NCBI GenBank assembly: GCA_903813345.2
Contig: CAIIXF020000001.1
Location: forward strand, 22,568,001-22,632,000
Source: Owenia fusiformis
Taxonomy: Eukaryota
DNA length: 64,000 nucleotides
Reading direction: 5' to 3'
How positions within the stretch are numbered: position 1 is the stretch's first letter; every line of letters starts with the position of its first letter. Shown here in pieces: positions 12,164 through 25,052 of the stretch. The position numbers were made by a program, and so were the translations under genes. Under the pieces are notes generated by a model. It ran no database searches and was not told the origin of the DNA. It saw only the letters and a list, made by a program, of their open reading frames with translations.

Positions 12164-13464
12164 CACGGCGCGGTATCCAAACTGCGTGCATACTATGCAC
12201 GCAGTTTGAAACACTGACAAACTGCGCGCATATCAATATTGCATTATACAAGTTAGAGGCTATGTTTTCAAATGTCATTTTAAGACATTTATTCTGCATT
12301 GTTTTATAGTTTCATACATCCATTCGGTGGAGATTACATGATTCTACCATGTAATCGCGAAAGTTATGTTTAGATGAACGTAGGTTTTAAAATATAAGCA
12401 GATTAATAAAAAATTGTCATCGGTTTTCCGATAACCGAGACATAAGTTGATGTCACACTTTTCACAGAAATAGAAAATACTTTGGTTTTGTTTCATAGGT
12501 AAATCTCAACCCAGTTTTCACATACAATACAAAATATTTCGTATTAAATCAGATGAACCTGTATGATCGAGAAAAAGTTAATAAAACACAAACTGCACGC
12601 CCATTTTAGCCAGAAATCACAATCGACGTGCATACTCATACAAACATTACAAATCACGTTAATGGCTTGTAATTGTTCACAATATGTGAAGGTATGAGTA
12701 CCGTAATCCAACACCAAATTCGAAAATTCATATCAATACTTTGCACATATGGCGTTCGTGATCAACTTTAAAACGCTTACCCCCATAGTGTTATATATCA
12801 AAATGTACCTGTTCATATAGGGGTTCGATTGATCTACATCAAATTATATTACTTTTTGAGATATCAGCGTCCATTTATTGTAACTCGCGTTTGCTACCAT
12901 TTCCTCAATTCTGAGATGACGGGCAAACGCGTAGTAAACATGCTCACGTCGGAACTATTTTCGACCTACATCGCTATTTCCGTAACTCAAATGAAAGTTG
13001 AACCCCTCCTCTTTAATTTGATACCAAATAGTGGCATACTAGGTACCCTAGAAGCCAACTATGGTGTTATTTAGAACAATACTACAGGTTTTTAAATGGA
13101 CTATATACCTTTTGGCGGATGGATATGGAACCTCATACCTAAACACAAGGGCTGGATAAACGTTAAACTACGACAAACAGACATTATATGACGCAATACA
13201 TATATTTTGAACACAAAAGCTCCTTGGGAACCTTATATTGAGATAAGTAGATTTATATCCGGAAAAAATCGAGTGCTACTTGTAAAATAAGTTAGTCTCC
13301 ACATAATGGAACTGTCGGATAAAAAAACTAACCTTGTATTTCCAGTACTTTTCATCCTTTTTGGCTTCGTGTCTTCCTCGTCTGCCATTTTTAAATAGGC
13401 GCGCAGTTTGTCACTGTTTCAAACAGCGTGCATATTACGCACGCAGTTTGGATATCGCACCGTG
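12164..13464. mobile_element. Non-autonomous DNA transposon with ~70-bp CAC-initiated TIRs
   Basis: CACGGCGCGGTATCCAAACTGCGTGCATACTATGCACGCAGTTTGAAACACTGACAAACTGCGCGC pairs with GCGCGCAGTTTGTCACTGTTTCAAACAGCGTGCATATTACGCACGCAGTTTGGATATCGCACCGTG. The flanks ATGT/ATGG are an imperfect TSD, so the superfamily is unresolved. Confidence 0.8.
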
Positions 13465-14187
13465 ATGGTTGGGTTGCGATTTTCTATTCGATGAAAGTGC
13501 AGTTTAAAGTATAATTACTGTAATGAATAAAATGTCACAATAGATGTGGATCATACTCACACAACAATGCATAAACAAGACAATGTTTCAGAACCTTTTT
13601 GAAGGTAAAAATGCAACATGTGTTACAGACGCCAAATTGCCAGTCCAAAAAGGTGATTTAAAGAAAGAATCAGATCAAGCGAGGAGCCCTAACAAAAAAT
13701 TGTTCAATTTTAGAATATTTCTGGCTTATGTCATTCCTTCTCATGTCTATTTTCTATAAATCCCCAAAGTGCATGCTTTATTTCAGGAAAACAAGCGATT
13801 TTTACAACAATGTATTATTTTTCTAAAAGAATGGTTACCATTCTTATTATTTGGGAGAATTTAAACATTTTTCACCTATTAGCACTTTGAATCCATTATA
13901 ACATAATAATTTATTACATATCATGAACCTTTTGGGAGATATTGTATTTGAAACTGTAAAGAAAAGATTTGTAGGTCAATTGTACATGTTGCTTGTAATT
14001 TTGTCATCCCCATAGATCTGATTCTGCCTTTAAATAGCGACGTATGTGTCTGGTGGGGTTGTCAACTGTCACAATCGGTGGAGACAACTTAAGACAACTT
14101 TAACAAATCTTAATAAGTCTGTTATCCAGTATGTGTTTGAAATCATACTTGACACATTTGCATCTTGTTCAATGTTCTTCATTGAAA

Positions 14188-14640
14188 CAGGTTTCATTTG
14201 TCTATTCAAAACGGTCACCATTTTGTGGCAATTTTACAAAACATGCTCAAAATGTCGGTCTTGTATTTGGAGGTAAACTTGATCGCACCGGACGTTTTCT
14301 GACTATACGCTCTCAGATATCTTGTAATGACTCCCATTTCCGTCCATATCTCTTGTTTCAACTCTCTGGTACTTCTGCAGTTGTTAATATACACATTTTC
14401 AACGAAATAGCCCCAAAGATTAAATTCTGGGAGTTCGAATTGGGTGGTTTTGATATATTTTGGCATTTGGAGCATTTTTTGTAAAATGGCGATAAAATCG
14501 TGACTGTTGGAAATAGACATATTAGTAGAATGAGAGAACATAAAACAAGGTTCAATAATTGTACCAAATATGACTTAAAACCCATACCGGATAATTAAGT
14601 GATTAGATATGTTTGGGTTACCTTTTTTGGGCTCAACCTG
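14188..14640 (-). mobile_element. Internally deleted Tc1/mariner-type element with a transposase C-terminal remnant
   Basis: Minus-strand FNLWGYFVENVYINNCRSTRELKQEI resembles the D(F/Y)xLWGYxKxxVYxxxPxTxxELKxxI C-terminal motif. The right end is CAACCTG|TA (14640). A degenerate left TIR CAGGTT...AAAACGGTCACC lies at ~14188. Confidence 0.65.
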
Positions 14641-15042
14641 TAGTTTGAAGTATTTGTCATCCATCTTCCGGATATCGTCGATGTGCAAAATGAATAAACT
14701 CACATCGGCCTTCTAAATTGTCCATTTGCTTCTGGGAACTATTAGAGTTTTTAGTTAATAATCCACCAGTAGCTTCTCAGGCTATGAGCGTTTATTTGAC
14801 AAAATATTTTACTAGAAATTACCATTTCCATTCGTTCAACTTCGCTTCTTAAAAGAGAGCTTCGTCTTCATGTAGTTGTTTCTAACTAGACTATGCAAGC
14901 AGCATAACTAGAAATGTAATCGGAAATATATGGATACACTCCACTACAAAAGGCTGGCGACTTCACCTATTGGATCACATGTTGAAACTTTTTTATGTTT
15001 AAAGGACCACGTGCAGTATGGCAAGTGATTTTAGACTATCAG

Positions 15043-15478
15043 TTATTACACGTTTCAGCATGTGATACGGGAAATATTCCACGAAAGTAAAAATTGTATA
15101 ACCACGAAAGCGCAGCTTGAGTGGTGATACTTTTTTACTGAGTGGAATATTTCCCGTATCACATACGCTGAAACGTGTGATGACGATTTTATCACATACT
15201 ATGTAGAAATCTAGTGATTTGATTGGTAGCTTTCTTTGTCGTTCTAACTTCTAGTTCCTCAAATGACGAATTCATCATTTCTAAGAAATAGTAACATAGC
15301 CTATATGTGACGTCATTTTGAATTAGGAAAGAATACAATGAAGTTGTATGACGTCATTTCATTACCATAGACAACGTGTGGTATGTGTGCTCGTATCATA
15401 TGAAATTCATGTGATACGGGAAATACGTCATAGAAAGCAACCAATCAAATCACTAGATTTCTACATAGTATGTGATAA
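15043..15478. mobile_element. Double-hairpin palindromic element
   Basis: A long palindrome at 15043-15184 is followed by a second IR pair (TTATCACATACTATGTAGAAATCTAGTGATTTGATTGG at 15189, and its reverse complement ending at 15478). Confidence 0.7.
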
Positions 15479-16127
15479 TAGTAGTTGTTCCCACATTAAA
15501 CAATAGGAAATGGTTCTTGCAAAAATACAAGTTAAGTAGAAAAATCCTGGCTACGGGCCTGATATGTGTTAGCAAGATTCATATTTGATTTTCGTTGAAT
15601 GTAGAATGATTTAAAACGAAGGATTTTCTAAATTAATAGAGAATACAAGAACAATTCTGAGAACTATCGAGGCCATCGACACATAAAATCAATCGAGTCA
15701 CAAAATATCTTGGGTCAAGTGTCAATGTCAAATTACAATACATTATATATAATACTATGCTTCTTGACGTCTCAATATCTTGAAGTAGAAACGTACTTTT
15801 TTTTATTGATACTTTAAAAGATTTATATGTCGTGTGTGCGTTTTGAAGTCAGTTTATCTTTATTGATCATTTGATTGGTTGGTCAATAGTCGCACATGCC
15901 CAAATATGGTCCCAAAATATGGTTCGAGTATCGTGTGTCTGGGCCTCAGAATGCGTTAAAAGCTTCGGTGCGGGTTTATGAAGTCAAACGTATTCCGGCA
16001 ATCAATGAACAAAGTATCTTAAGAAAACAATTTAGTGTAAATTACAATTGGACAACAGCAAAATAATCGAACCTATCTAATATGCACTATAAAATAGCCT
16101 AATAGGAACAATATCAAAAATACAAAA

Positions 16128-16317
16128 ATGGGGAACAGTTTGAATCAATGGAGAGCCACAATCGGAAAGTTTGAAGGAGGCAAGCCCAGACATATTTTAA
16201 TATGTACTACAGGCTCGGAAAGGTCAGAACATACTGGCACTGTGTTAGTCATCCTCATGATGCTGTTGGTCATCGGCGGAATTGAGATGAACCCTGGACC
16301 AAATCCATCGAAGTCAG
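16128..16317 (+). CDS. Putative first coding exon: hydrophobic leader ending in a 2A/StopGo-like motif
   Basis: MGNSLNQWRATIGKF...VLVILMMLLVIGGIEMNPGPNPSKS, with ATG in an AAAAATGG context. The consensus donor CAG|GTATGT at 16317/16318 is phase 1. Confidence 0.7.
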
Positions 16318-16448
16318 GTATGTTGACATTTTCATCATGCAACGCGCAATTGTAACACTGGAAGAACACATCATAGTCATAGCATAGTAGGCCTAGTCAT
16401 AATTCATGTATTTTTCATTTGAATATAGTTTATTTAAAAGTACATGTT

Positions 16449-19400
16449 CACTGGGGACTATCGTGATGCAACAACACCGTGTTGTTGCATCAAGATGGCC
16501 AGACTTCCGGTGATAGATTTTCGTACGATATTTTGTTTCCCCAATTAAACCCATTTCTAGGACGAGTTGCTCAATAACCATACACGTGCAGTTAGCGCAC
16601 GATCTATATTTAAAGAAACTGTCATTAGTATACATGTACCATCACCAAGAAGCAATAAGTTCACGGTTTTAGTTCCTCACTATTGATGCAACAACACCAA
16701 ACCGAAGATGCAACAACACTCCTCTAGATTTGAGCAATGATGCAGCAACACCAATTAATAGTATAATTTCAGAAGACCATAAATCTCGAGAGGAACAGAT
16801 TTTTAAATGCTACTATTGCAACACCGTTACCCATTACCCATATTTGCGTTCTTCTCAAGACATTCAAAATACATGTCCTGCGGGCAAAGATCCTTTATAT
16901 GTATTTTCAAAAAATTATACTTTTAAATATTATAATGTACTGGACGTTGTTCTATAACATAGTTCTAACATGGCAAGCTTTAGTAACCCAATCTATTTTC
17001 ATAAACCTCTGTTCCACAGCTTGATGACCCTGACTCCAGTTAGTATCATTCAAAATGGTGGACAAACATCTTTCGTTCTCGGTAAACATGATGAGCTATT
17101 GGAAATTATCTGTCATCCATCTGTGGAACAGTGATAAACTAGTAGATGTACGTTACCACTGTTTATCAAATTATAACTAAAACAGTTTAACTGTGACATT
17201 CGTGAGCTTATGTTGATGGGATGATTGCTTCATCTATGATATAATATGATATGATTCTTTATTTCCTCTAATTTGGGGAGCCAACGTGTAAAAACGTCTA
17301 ATTGACTTTATTAGAGAGGCCGTTTAGTTACACGTTTAATGGAAATCTTGCACGACGCACGTGTAGAATTATTGCTCTCTTTGGATTCCTTCTCTCCGAC
17401 AGAGTAAAAAGGTAAACAAAAGTGATAAGATTAAGGGCCCAAAAAGGTAAATTGATAGGGGTACAGTTATCCCAGATATCCCGGGCCCTCGGGAAATATC
17501 ATATTGTCTCTCGGAATAAGACCAATATTGAAACCCTCTCAGTAAATAACCTTTATATAATAGCATTGTATAACTGCAATATCATTAAACCAACACTCAT
17601 CCTATACAACTCTCGAGAACGATGTACAACTCCTGAGCAGCGTATACAACTCTTCAACTTGACATCATACTTTGGGTGGGATAACAAAGGATATACAATA
17701 TACAATTGTAGAGCTCTCTTGAGGTCAACTGGCAAAATTGTATACCGATACTGTAATCCTTGAAAGTTCGGAGGTCGAGGTCAACAGTACTCTCAGGGTT
17801 TACGGTTGAGGTATACACTTTGGCCAGTTGACCGAAATAGAGAGGTTAACAATTGTTTGTTAGTCCGAAGAATATAATAATTTGAAGGATATAATATACA
17901 ATTGTAGACCTCTCTTAAGGTCAACTTGCAAAATTGTATACCGATACTGTAAACCTTGAAAGTACTGTTGATCAAGACCAGATGTCGAGGACACTTTTGC
18001 CAGTTGACCGAAAAGAGAGGTTAACAATTGTTCTGTTAGTCCAAATAATATAATAATTGGACGAATATATAATCGAATAACACGTGAACATATTTGATAA
18101 GTAAAGGTATCATATTTTAGCAAAAAATCCCCAAACCATCGAATACTTGTAATTTTTTACACAACTTATTTTTTCAAAATTAAAAAATTTCAACATTAAA
18201 AAAACAATTTTTCAAAAATAGGGGTCAACAGTACCTAGCAGTGGTCAACAGTTTACAATTGTTGACCTCCTAAGAGGTCAACCGTCAAAATTGCATACCG
18301 AGACTGAAACTGAAAAACTACTGTTGACAGAGACCGAAGGTCGAGGTCAACAGTAGTTTCAAGGTTTACAATCGAAGTATATAATTTTAACGGTTGATCG
18401 AATGGAGAGGTCTACAATTGTTTTGTTGGTCCGAGTAAAGTAATAATACACATATAGACGACAATCATCAATCGTCATGGCTTCATTTCACAACCTTTTC
18501 TCCGAACCACGTTAGCAATATTTTTTAGAAAATCTGGAGACAGTGCAAGTAGCTTAACTCTGTATTTGGCAAATCATAGCGTACTCGTTAGTGAATTAAT
18601 GTTAATTTTAAGTTTCTATTTGTATTTTTCCTATACTTGTCGCCTAGTAAAGTCATTTTCATCAACGTTAACAAAACGTCCGTCTTCCATGTTTTTTGTG
18701 ACGTCATGAAACTTTTTTTCAGAAGTAGCGGTCAACAGTACCTAGTAGCGGCCAACAGTACATAATTTTGACCGCTAATCACCCAATCAGAATCGAGTAT
18801 TTCAGTTGAGGTACTAACAATACATTTTGTTGACCGCTCATCAACCAATCAGAATTGAGTATTTCAATTGAGGTACTAACAACACAAAATGACTGATATC
18901 TGTTGTCTTTCCAAAATTATATTAGTTATTTGTAAGCAATTTCCATACGGTAAATCAAGGGCATTTAATTTAGAAAATGTATAATCTTTATTTTTCAGAT
19001 ACAATATCAATGAGATTGCCTCCCGGGGATTCTGTACTTTATTTAGTTTGCCTTGTATATCCTTTTAACTTTGATATAGACAAAGAAACCAAACAAAATA
19101 CGTTTCGTCCATGGACCACTGACTCGTTTTATTCATGTCCAGACCTACACCTGTAAACAGAACATAAAACAGTTTCTCTTGTCGTTCAATGATACATTAT
19201 ATTGGCGTTTTTGCATCAGCACATTGGTGTTGTTGCATCATCGATTAGAAACAGAGTGGTGTTGTTGCATCAATAGTGAGGAATTAAAACCACGAATTTA
19301 TCGCTTCTTGATGATGCTACATGTATACCAATGACAGTTTTTTAAAATATAGATCATGCGCTAACTGCATGTGTATGATTATTGAGCAACTCGTCCCAGA

Positions 19401-19508
19401 AATTGGTGTAAATTGGGAAAACAAAACATCGTACGAAAATCTATCACCGGAAGTCTGGCCATCTTGATGCAACAACACGGTGTTGTTGCATCACGATACC
19501 CCCCAGTG
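16449..19508. mobile_element. 3.06-kb non-autonomous transposon with ~260-bp TIRs starting CACTGGGG and a 5-bp TSD (Transib-like)
   Basis: 16449-~16705 is the reverse complement of ~19255-19508. ATGTT is duplicated at 16444-16448 and 19509-19513. The TIRs carry reiterated GATGCAACAACAC motifs. Confidence 0.85.
17690..18885. repeat. Cluster of degenerate GAGGTCAAC/GTTGACC palindromic repeats inside the TIR element
   Basis: Three related fold-back units at ~17697, ~17893 and ~18255. The segment ACCAATCAGAAT(C/T)GAGTATTTCA.TTGAGGTACTAACAA is duplicated at ~18782 and ~18844. Confidence 0.6.
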
Positions 19509-20207
19509 ATGTTGTAAAAGAAGATAGTAAAAATTCTAAATGAAAGTGAACTGTGAATTGTTCAATAACACAAGTTTCGCTGTAAAGCCTGAACGTCAGA
19601 AAGCAGATTGATCCAATAAAATGTCCCCTCTCCCTCTTTAGGTATCTAGATTATTACAGACTATGGATCCTAATAGATTTAATAATATATAATACCATTG
19701 GAATAAATATTCTGTTTCCAATACAAAGATAATAAGCAAATATTTCATTCTATGGAGGGCAATACCTGTTCATCTTTCAATGATTTTTGCGGTATGTATT
19801 GCCCGCAGCCCGTAGGGCGAGGGAACATAGAATGAAATATTTGTTTTATTATATCATTGTTAGACATTCTTTACGATCACTCTGCATTTCAAAAAAATAT
19901 AGAATATTTGTTTTAACCCGTAAACATATATTTTAATCAATAAATATGTCATAAACCCATCAGTTAACATAATTATGTACAATTATCATTGTATGGTACA
20001 CTTTTATTATACGTTTTTTATAATCCAATAATTGAGGGAGCTGTGAAATACGCTTTGGTAGTTTTGATCTCATGGTACCAAATCAGCCAATCAAAGCACA
20101 TTATTTCTAGCAATGATATAATACTATTTATTACACTGGCACTAAAGTTCCACTTTATTTTCAACAAGGGTGTATTTGCTAATATCAAAATAATGTTACA
20201 ATAGTAC

Positions 20208-20309
20208 AATAATGTCATTTCTAAGGGCAATATAGTGAAATATTGGACCGAGGGCCGAAGGCCCAAGGTCCAATATTTCACTATATTGCTCGCAGAAATG
20301 ACGTTATTA
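20208..20309. repeat. Palindrome with GC-rich apex
   Basis: GCAATATAGTGAAATATTGGACC-GAGGGCCGAAGGCCCAA-GGTCCAATATTTCACTATATTGC. Confidence 0.8.
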
Positions 20310-20480
20310 GTATTATTACCACCGTTCTCACCGTTAACGACCAGGACTGAAACAGCAAGAAAATCTTACGCATTGAACGATATCTAATTTCCCGGGGAAA
20401 ATTGCCGGTCCAGAATATATTCTAGACCGGTCCATATGGACCACCACTATGACGTCACACATTTCTCAGGTCGATATTGT

Positions 20481-20964
20481 ACAAATAGTGACTGCCATTG
20501 AGGGAAATAGTGCAAAATATTTTCCTCAAGGGAATATCCTGTCCACTGACATGTTCCCGAGGCTGCAGGCCGAGGGAACAAGTCAGTGGACAGGATATTC
20601 CCGAGAGGAAAATTTTTACACTATTTCCCGAAAATGTGGCAGTCACTATTTGTTTTATTATATACCTGATAAGTACTCTGTAAACAAAAATAAAATGAGA
20701 AGTCTTTTCATTTCAATATCAAATGGTCACAGGTTCTTATTGGCATTTAAAGGCATTTTACCTTTCAACTCCTATAATCTCAGATTTGGGGGAAGATAAA
20801 ACGTACTATTGACTGGTCACATGACCTAACTGGTGATTAGCACAATTCATCTTCCCTGAAAGCAGGGATTTAGGACTTTCCAGGGAATTAGTTCATCTAT
20901 TCCATGTCATGTGACCATGAATAAGCCAATGAGCATCTAGAATACATTTGAGGTATATAATAAA
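20481..20964. mobile_element. Double-hairpin palindromic element
   Basis: A ~170-bp palindrome at 20481-20653 (apex CCGAGGCTGCAGGCCGAGG), then the IR TTATTATATACCT (~20656) / AGGTATATAATAA (~20951-20963). A decayed copy of the hairpin core lies at 9125-9190. Confidence 0.7.
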
Positions 20965-22116
20965 GTAAAATAAACGCCTTCTAAACTAGCACTAAAACCC
21001 CTAGAACTGGCCCGGCAAGGTGGTAATAATTTGTATTAACTATTCAATCATAATTTCAATGCTGTGGAATTTGTCATCTAACTTCCCTTCCTACTATTTA
21101 GTACTATTATGGTTTGACTGGCTTGAACTTCATTCTATTATACTATCTCTGTCTTACTTCCATTACTCCCCCGATTGTTACTGTCAAGTCATCCTGGGAT
21201 GCTCTAATTACCTGAACATATTCTGCTTTCTATTTGAAGAATTTTTCGCTTGTTAAAGGCCATGTGTAAAATGCACTGGCTTATAATAGAAATAAAAGTA
21301 CATTTTGTAACCCTATACCATCACAATTGTATTTATAAATCTATAAAATCTAATATGCATAAAAATGAATGATTGAAATAGTCTAACCTGAGACGTATAA
21401 TAAATATATGTGTCTGGTCTAACTCACAAATTATGTGTATAATTTATATTGTTGTGTTTTTAATGATATAGATATAAAACTTTTGCAAATAAAATGATGG
21501 GAAATCAAATATTTGAGAATTAAGAAACCAACACATTTTTAGATAATTTTTATAGAATAATGCCTCAAACAATTTTTTCATGACATGACACCAAGCCCTC
21601 CTTTAAAGTATCATACTAGGGATGTTTTGGTATTGGATTCTAGTATTATATTTGGGACTTTTTTGTTTTTATATAAATCTTGTTTTCATATGAATAGTTT
21701 CCCTATTATTTGACTAAAATGATATACAGGATCAAAAGTGTTTGTGAAATGACTGTCAAAATTGATAGAATAATCTTGATTTTTCAGAAATAAATCAATT
21801 ATTTAATGGAGCAAACATCAGCTTTTTGTCAACTACAATTGAATTTTAAAATTTTGCCACAACAAACCAATTTTGTAATACTTTCATAAACATTATTTTC
21901 TTATACCCCACATACAAGTTCTAGTTTAGGGATTTAGAGAAACATAATTCTATCCCTCAAATGTTGGAATTATCAAAAGTAGGTCTGGGAGATTCGGTTA
22001 TTTTATTAGACTCCAGATGAAAATCTGGAGTCTATTGCTTTTGCCAGTTTTCTTTATTATTAGACTCCAGATGTCAATCTGGAGTCTATTGTTTTTGCCA
22101 GTATTCTTCTTATTAT

Positions 22117-23615
22117 TAGACTCTAGATGTCAATCTGGAGTCTATTGTTTTTGCCAGTATTCTTCTTCTTCTTCTTCTTCTTATTATTTTTCTTTAAGAG
22201 TTTTTTCAATAACTATAAGGTATCCAGTAAAGACCATTATACAGTTCATTTAGGTTCAGTATCTAGTTGGTGGGAAATTGGGTCAAATTTTTATCTAGGT
22301 CAAAGGTCAAGAACTAGGTCAAATCTTACATTTTCAGTCTTCTGTCTATTATCTTCGTCGTTATTTCTCGAAACGTCTTCTTCTTTTTTTCATCCTGTAG
22401 CTTACAAACAGCCCTTTCATAAGTGTGCCATCCGTTTTTTGATTACTCTTACCGATTTTGAAATATGGCGTCCGGAAAGTAGGTCACACCAAAACGTGCT
22501 CCAAATTCAATGTGTGAGTTATGAATTAGGAGTAGAATTTTGTCAGGAATCCGAATCTGCAAACCAAATTTCGATCAGATTTTTGGTTCGGAAGTTATGG
22601 CGTTTTAAAAGCTCAAAATTTGGTGCCCATGTTAAGTCAATGGGAAAAAAGATTTTTTTGAAGTGAAAAATTCGAAATATAGACTGAGTTCAGCTTAATT
22701 TAGTGAAAGCCTTCAAAAGAAGGGGACCTAAAAAGCCATCTAGCTTCAAAATTTGGACCCCAAAATGCCTAGGTCAAAATCTAGGTCAAATTCAGAGGTT
22801 TTCCTTATTTTTGCGATTCTGACACTACACTTCAATTATATTCTTCGAAATTGTATATACATGTAGCCAAGAGTGTGCTTATAGTGTTAGCCTTTTGCCG
22901 TCAGAAAGTATTTTGACCCACTTTTGAGATATGGTGTCCGAAAAGTAGGTCAAAATAAAAAATTCTCCAAATTAAACGTATGAGTTATGAATTAGGAGAA
23001 GAATTTTGTCGGGAATCCGAATCTGCAAACCAAATTTCGATCCGATTTCCGGTTCGGAAGTTATGGCGTGTCCAAAAAGTAGGTCAAAATAAAAAGTTTC
23101 CAAATTTAACGTATGAGTTATGAATTAGGGGTAGAATTTTGTCAGGAATCCGAATCTGCAAACCAAATTTCGATCTGACTTCCGGTTCGGAAATTATGGC
23201 GTTTTGAAATTTCGAGAAAAATCGATCTGATGATATCCTGATAGAAAGTCAAGAATAGCAAAGAAAATATTGAAAAATCCATCCTACCTTCCATCCATCA
23301 TTCCTACCCTATCTGATCCTATCCTATCCTTCCTATCTATCCTTCTTTCATATTTTTTACTTCCTATCCTCCATATCCTATCCTTTCTTCCTATTCTATC
23401 CTATCCTTCTTTTCTATTCTATCCTATCGTTCCTTCCTATTCTATCCTATTCTTCCTTCCTATTCAATCCGCCCATCAATCTTTTTCTGGATGACTCAGC
23501 TTATTTTGGATGACTCAGCTTATTCTGGATGACTCGGCTTATTCTGGATGACTGGGCTTAAAAAAGTCTAGATCTGGAGTCTGAAATTGAACTTCGTTCA
23601 ATTTCCTAAGTCTAG
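22117..23615 (+). mobile_element. Intact HINE-like copy
   Basis: Head at 22117 is contiguous with its body and ends at hairpin+CTAG (23615). Confidence 0.85.
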
Positions 23616-25052
23616 TTATTATTTTTCTTTAAGAGTTTTTTCAATAACTATAAGGTATCCAGTAAAGATCATAATACAGTATATTTAGGTTCAGTATCTA
23701 GTTGGTGGGAAATTGGGTCAAATTTTTATCTAGGTCAAAGGTCAAGAACTAGGTCAAATCCAGTACTTTGTCACTTTTTTCGATTTTCTCAGTCGTCCTT
23801 CAATATTTTCGATCCGGTTTTTTTTTTCATTGTGTTCCTCATAAAAAAGTAGTATGAAGAAACACGATTTAGATTTTTGATATCTCGAACCGATTTCGAG
23901 ATATCAGTGTCCGAAGACGAGGTCCAAAAAAAAATTCTCCGAATCAAATGTCCAGGATATTAGTCTTATAGGAAATTTTCTCAGGATTCCGAATCTGAAA
24001 ACCAAATTTGGATTGGACTTCCGGTTCAGAAGTTATGGCGTTTTGAAAGCTCAAAAATCGCTAAATTTGGTGCCCATGTTAAGTCAATGGGAAAAAATAT
24101 TTTTTTGAAGTGAAAAATACGAAATATAGACTGAGTTCAGCTTAATATAATGATAGCTTTTAAAAAAATGGGACCTCAAAAGCCATCTAGCTTCAAAATT
24201 TGGACCCCAAAATGCCTAGGTCAAAATCTAGGTCAAATTCAAGGTTTTTCCTTATTTTTGCGATTCTGACACTACAGATTAATTATATTCTTCGAAATTT
24301 TGTATACATGTAGACAAGAGTGTGCTAATAGTGTTAGCCTTTTGCCGTCAGGAAGTATTTTGCCCCACTTTTGAGATATGGTGTCCAAAAGTAGGTTAAA
24401 ATAAAAAATTCTCCAAATTTAACGTTTGAGTTATGAAGTAAGTATAGAATTTTCTCAGGAATCCGAATCTACAAACCAAATTTCGATCCGACTTCCGGTT
24501 CAGAAGTTATGGCGTGTCCGAAAAGTAGGTCAAAATAAAAATTTGCCAAATTTAACGTATGAGTTATGAATTAGGGGTAGAATTTTGTCAGGAATCCGAA
24601 TCTTTAAATCAAATTTCGATTTGACTCCTGGTTCGGAAGTTATGGCGTTTTGAAATTTCGGAAAATCGATCTGATGGTATCCTGATAGAAAGTCAAGAGT
24701 AGAGAACAAAATATTGAAAAATTCATCCATCCTTCCTATCTGATCTTACCCTATCCTATCCTATCCTTCCTATCTATCCTTCCTTCGTATCATTTCCTTC
24801 CTATCCTTCCTATCCTCTCCTATCATATCCTTTCTTCCTATTCTGTTCTATCCTATCCTTCTTTCTTATTCTATCCTATCGTTCCTTCCTATTCTATCCT
24901 ATCCTACCTTCCTATTTTATCCATCCATCTTTTTCTGGATGACTCAGCTTATTTTGGATGACTCGGCTTATTCTGGATGACTCGGCTAAAAAAAAGTCTA
25001 GATCTGGAGTCTGAAATTGAACTTCGTTCAATTTCCAAAGTCTAGTTATTAT

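Noticed and set aside
17010-19020. Possible internal exons after TTCCACAG (~17019) and TTTTTCAG (~18998)
   Set aside because: Both lie within the TIR element, and neither gives a convincing open frame or recognisable peptide.
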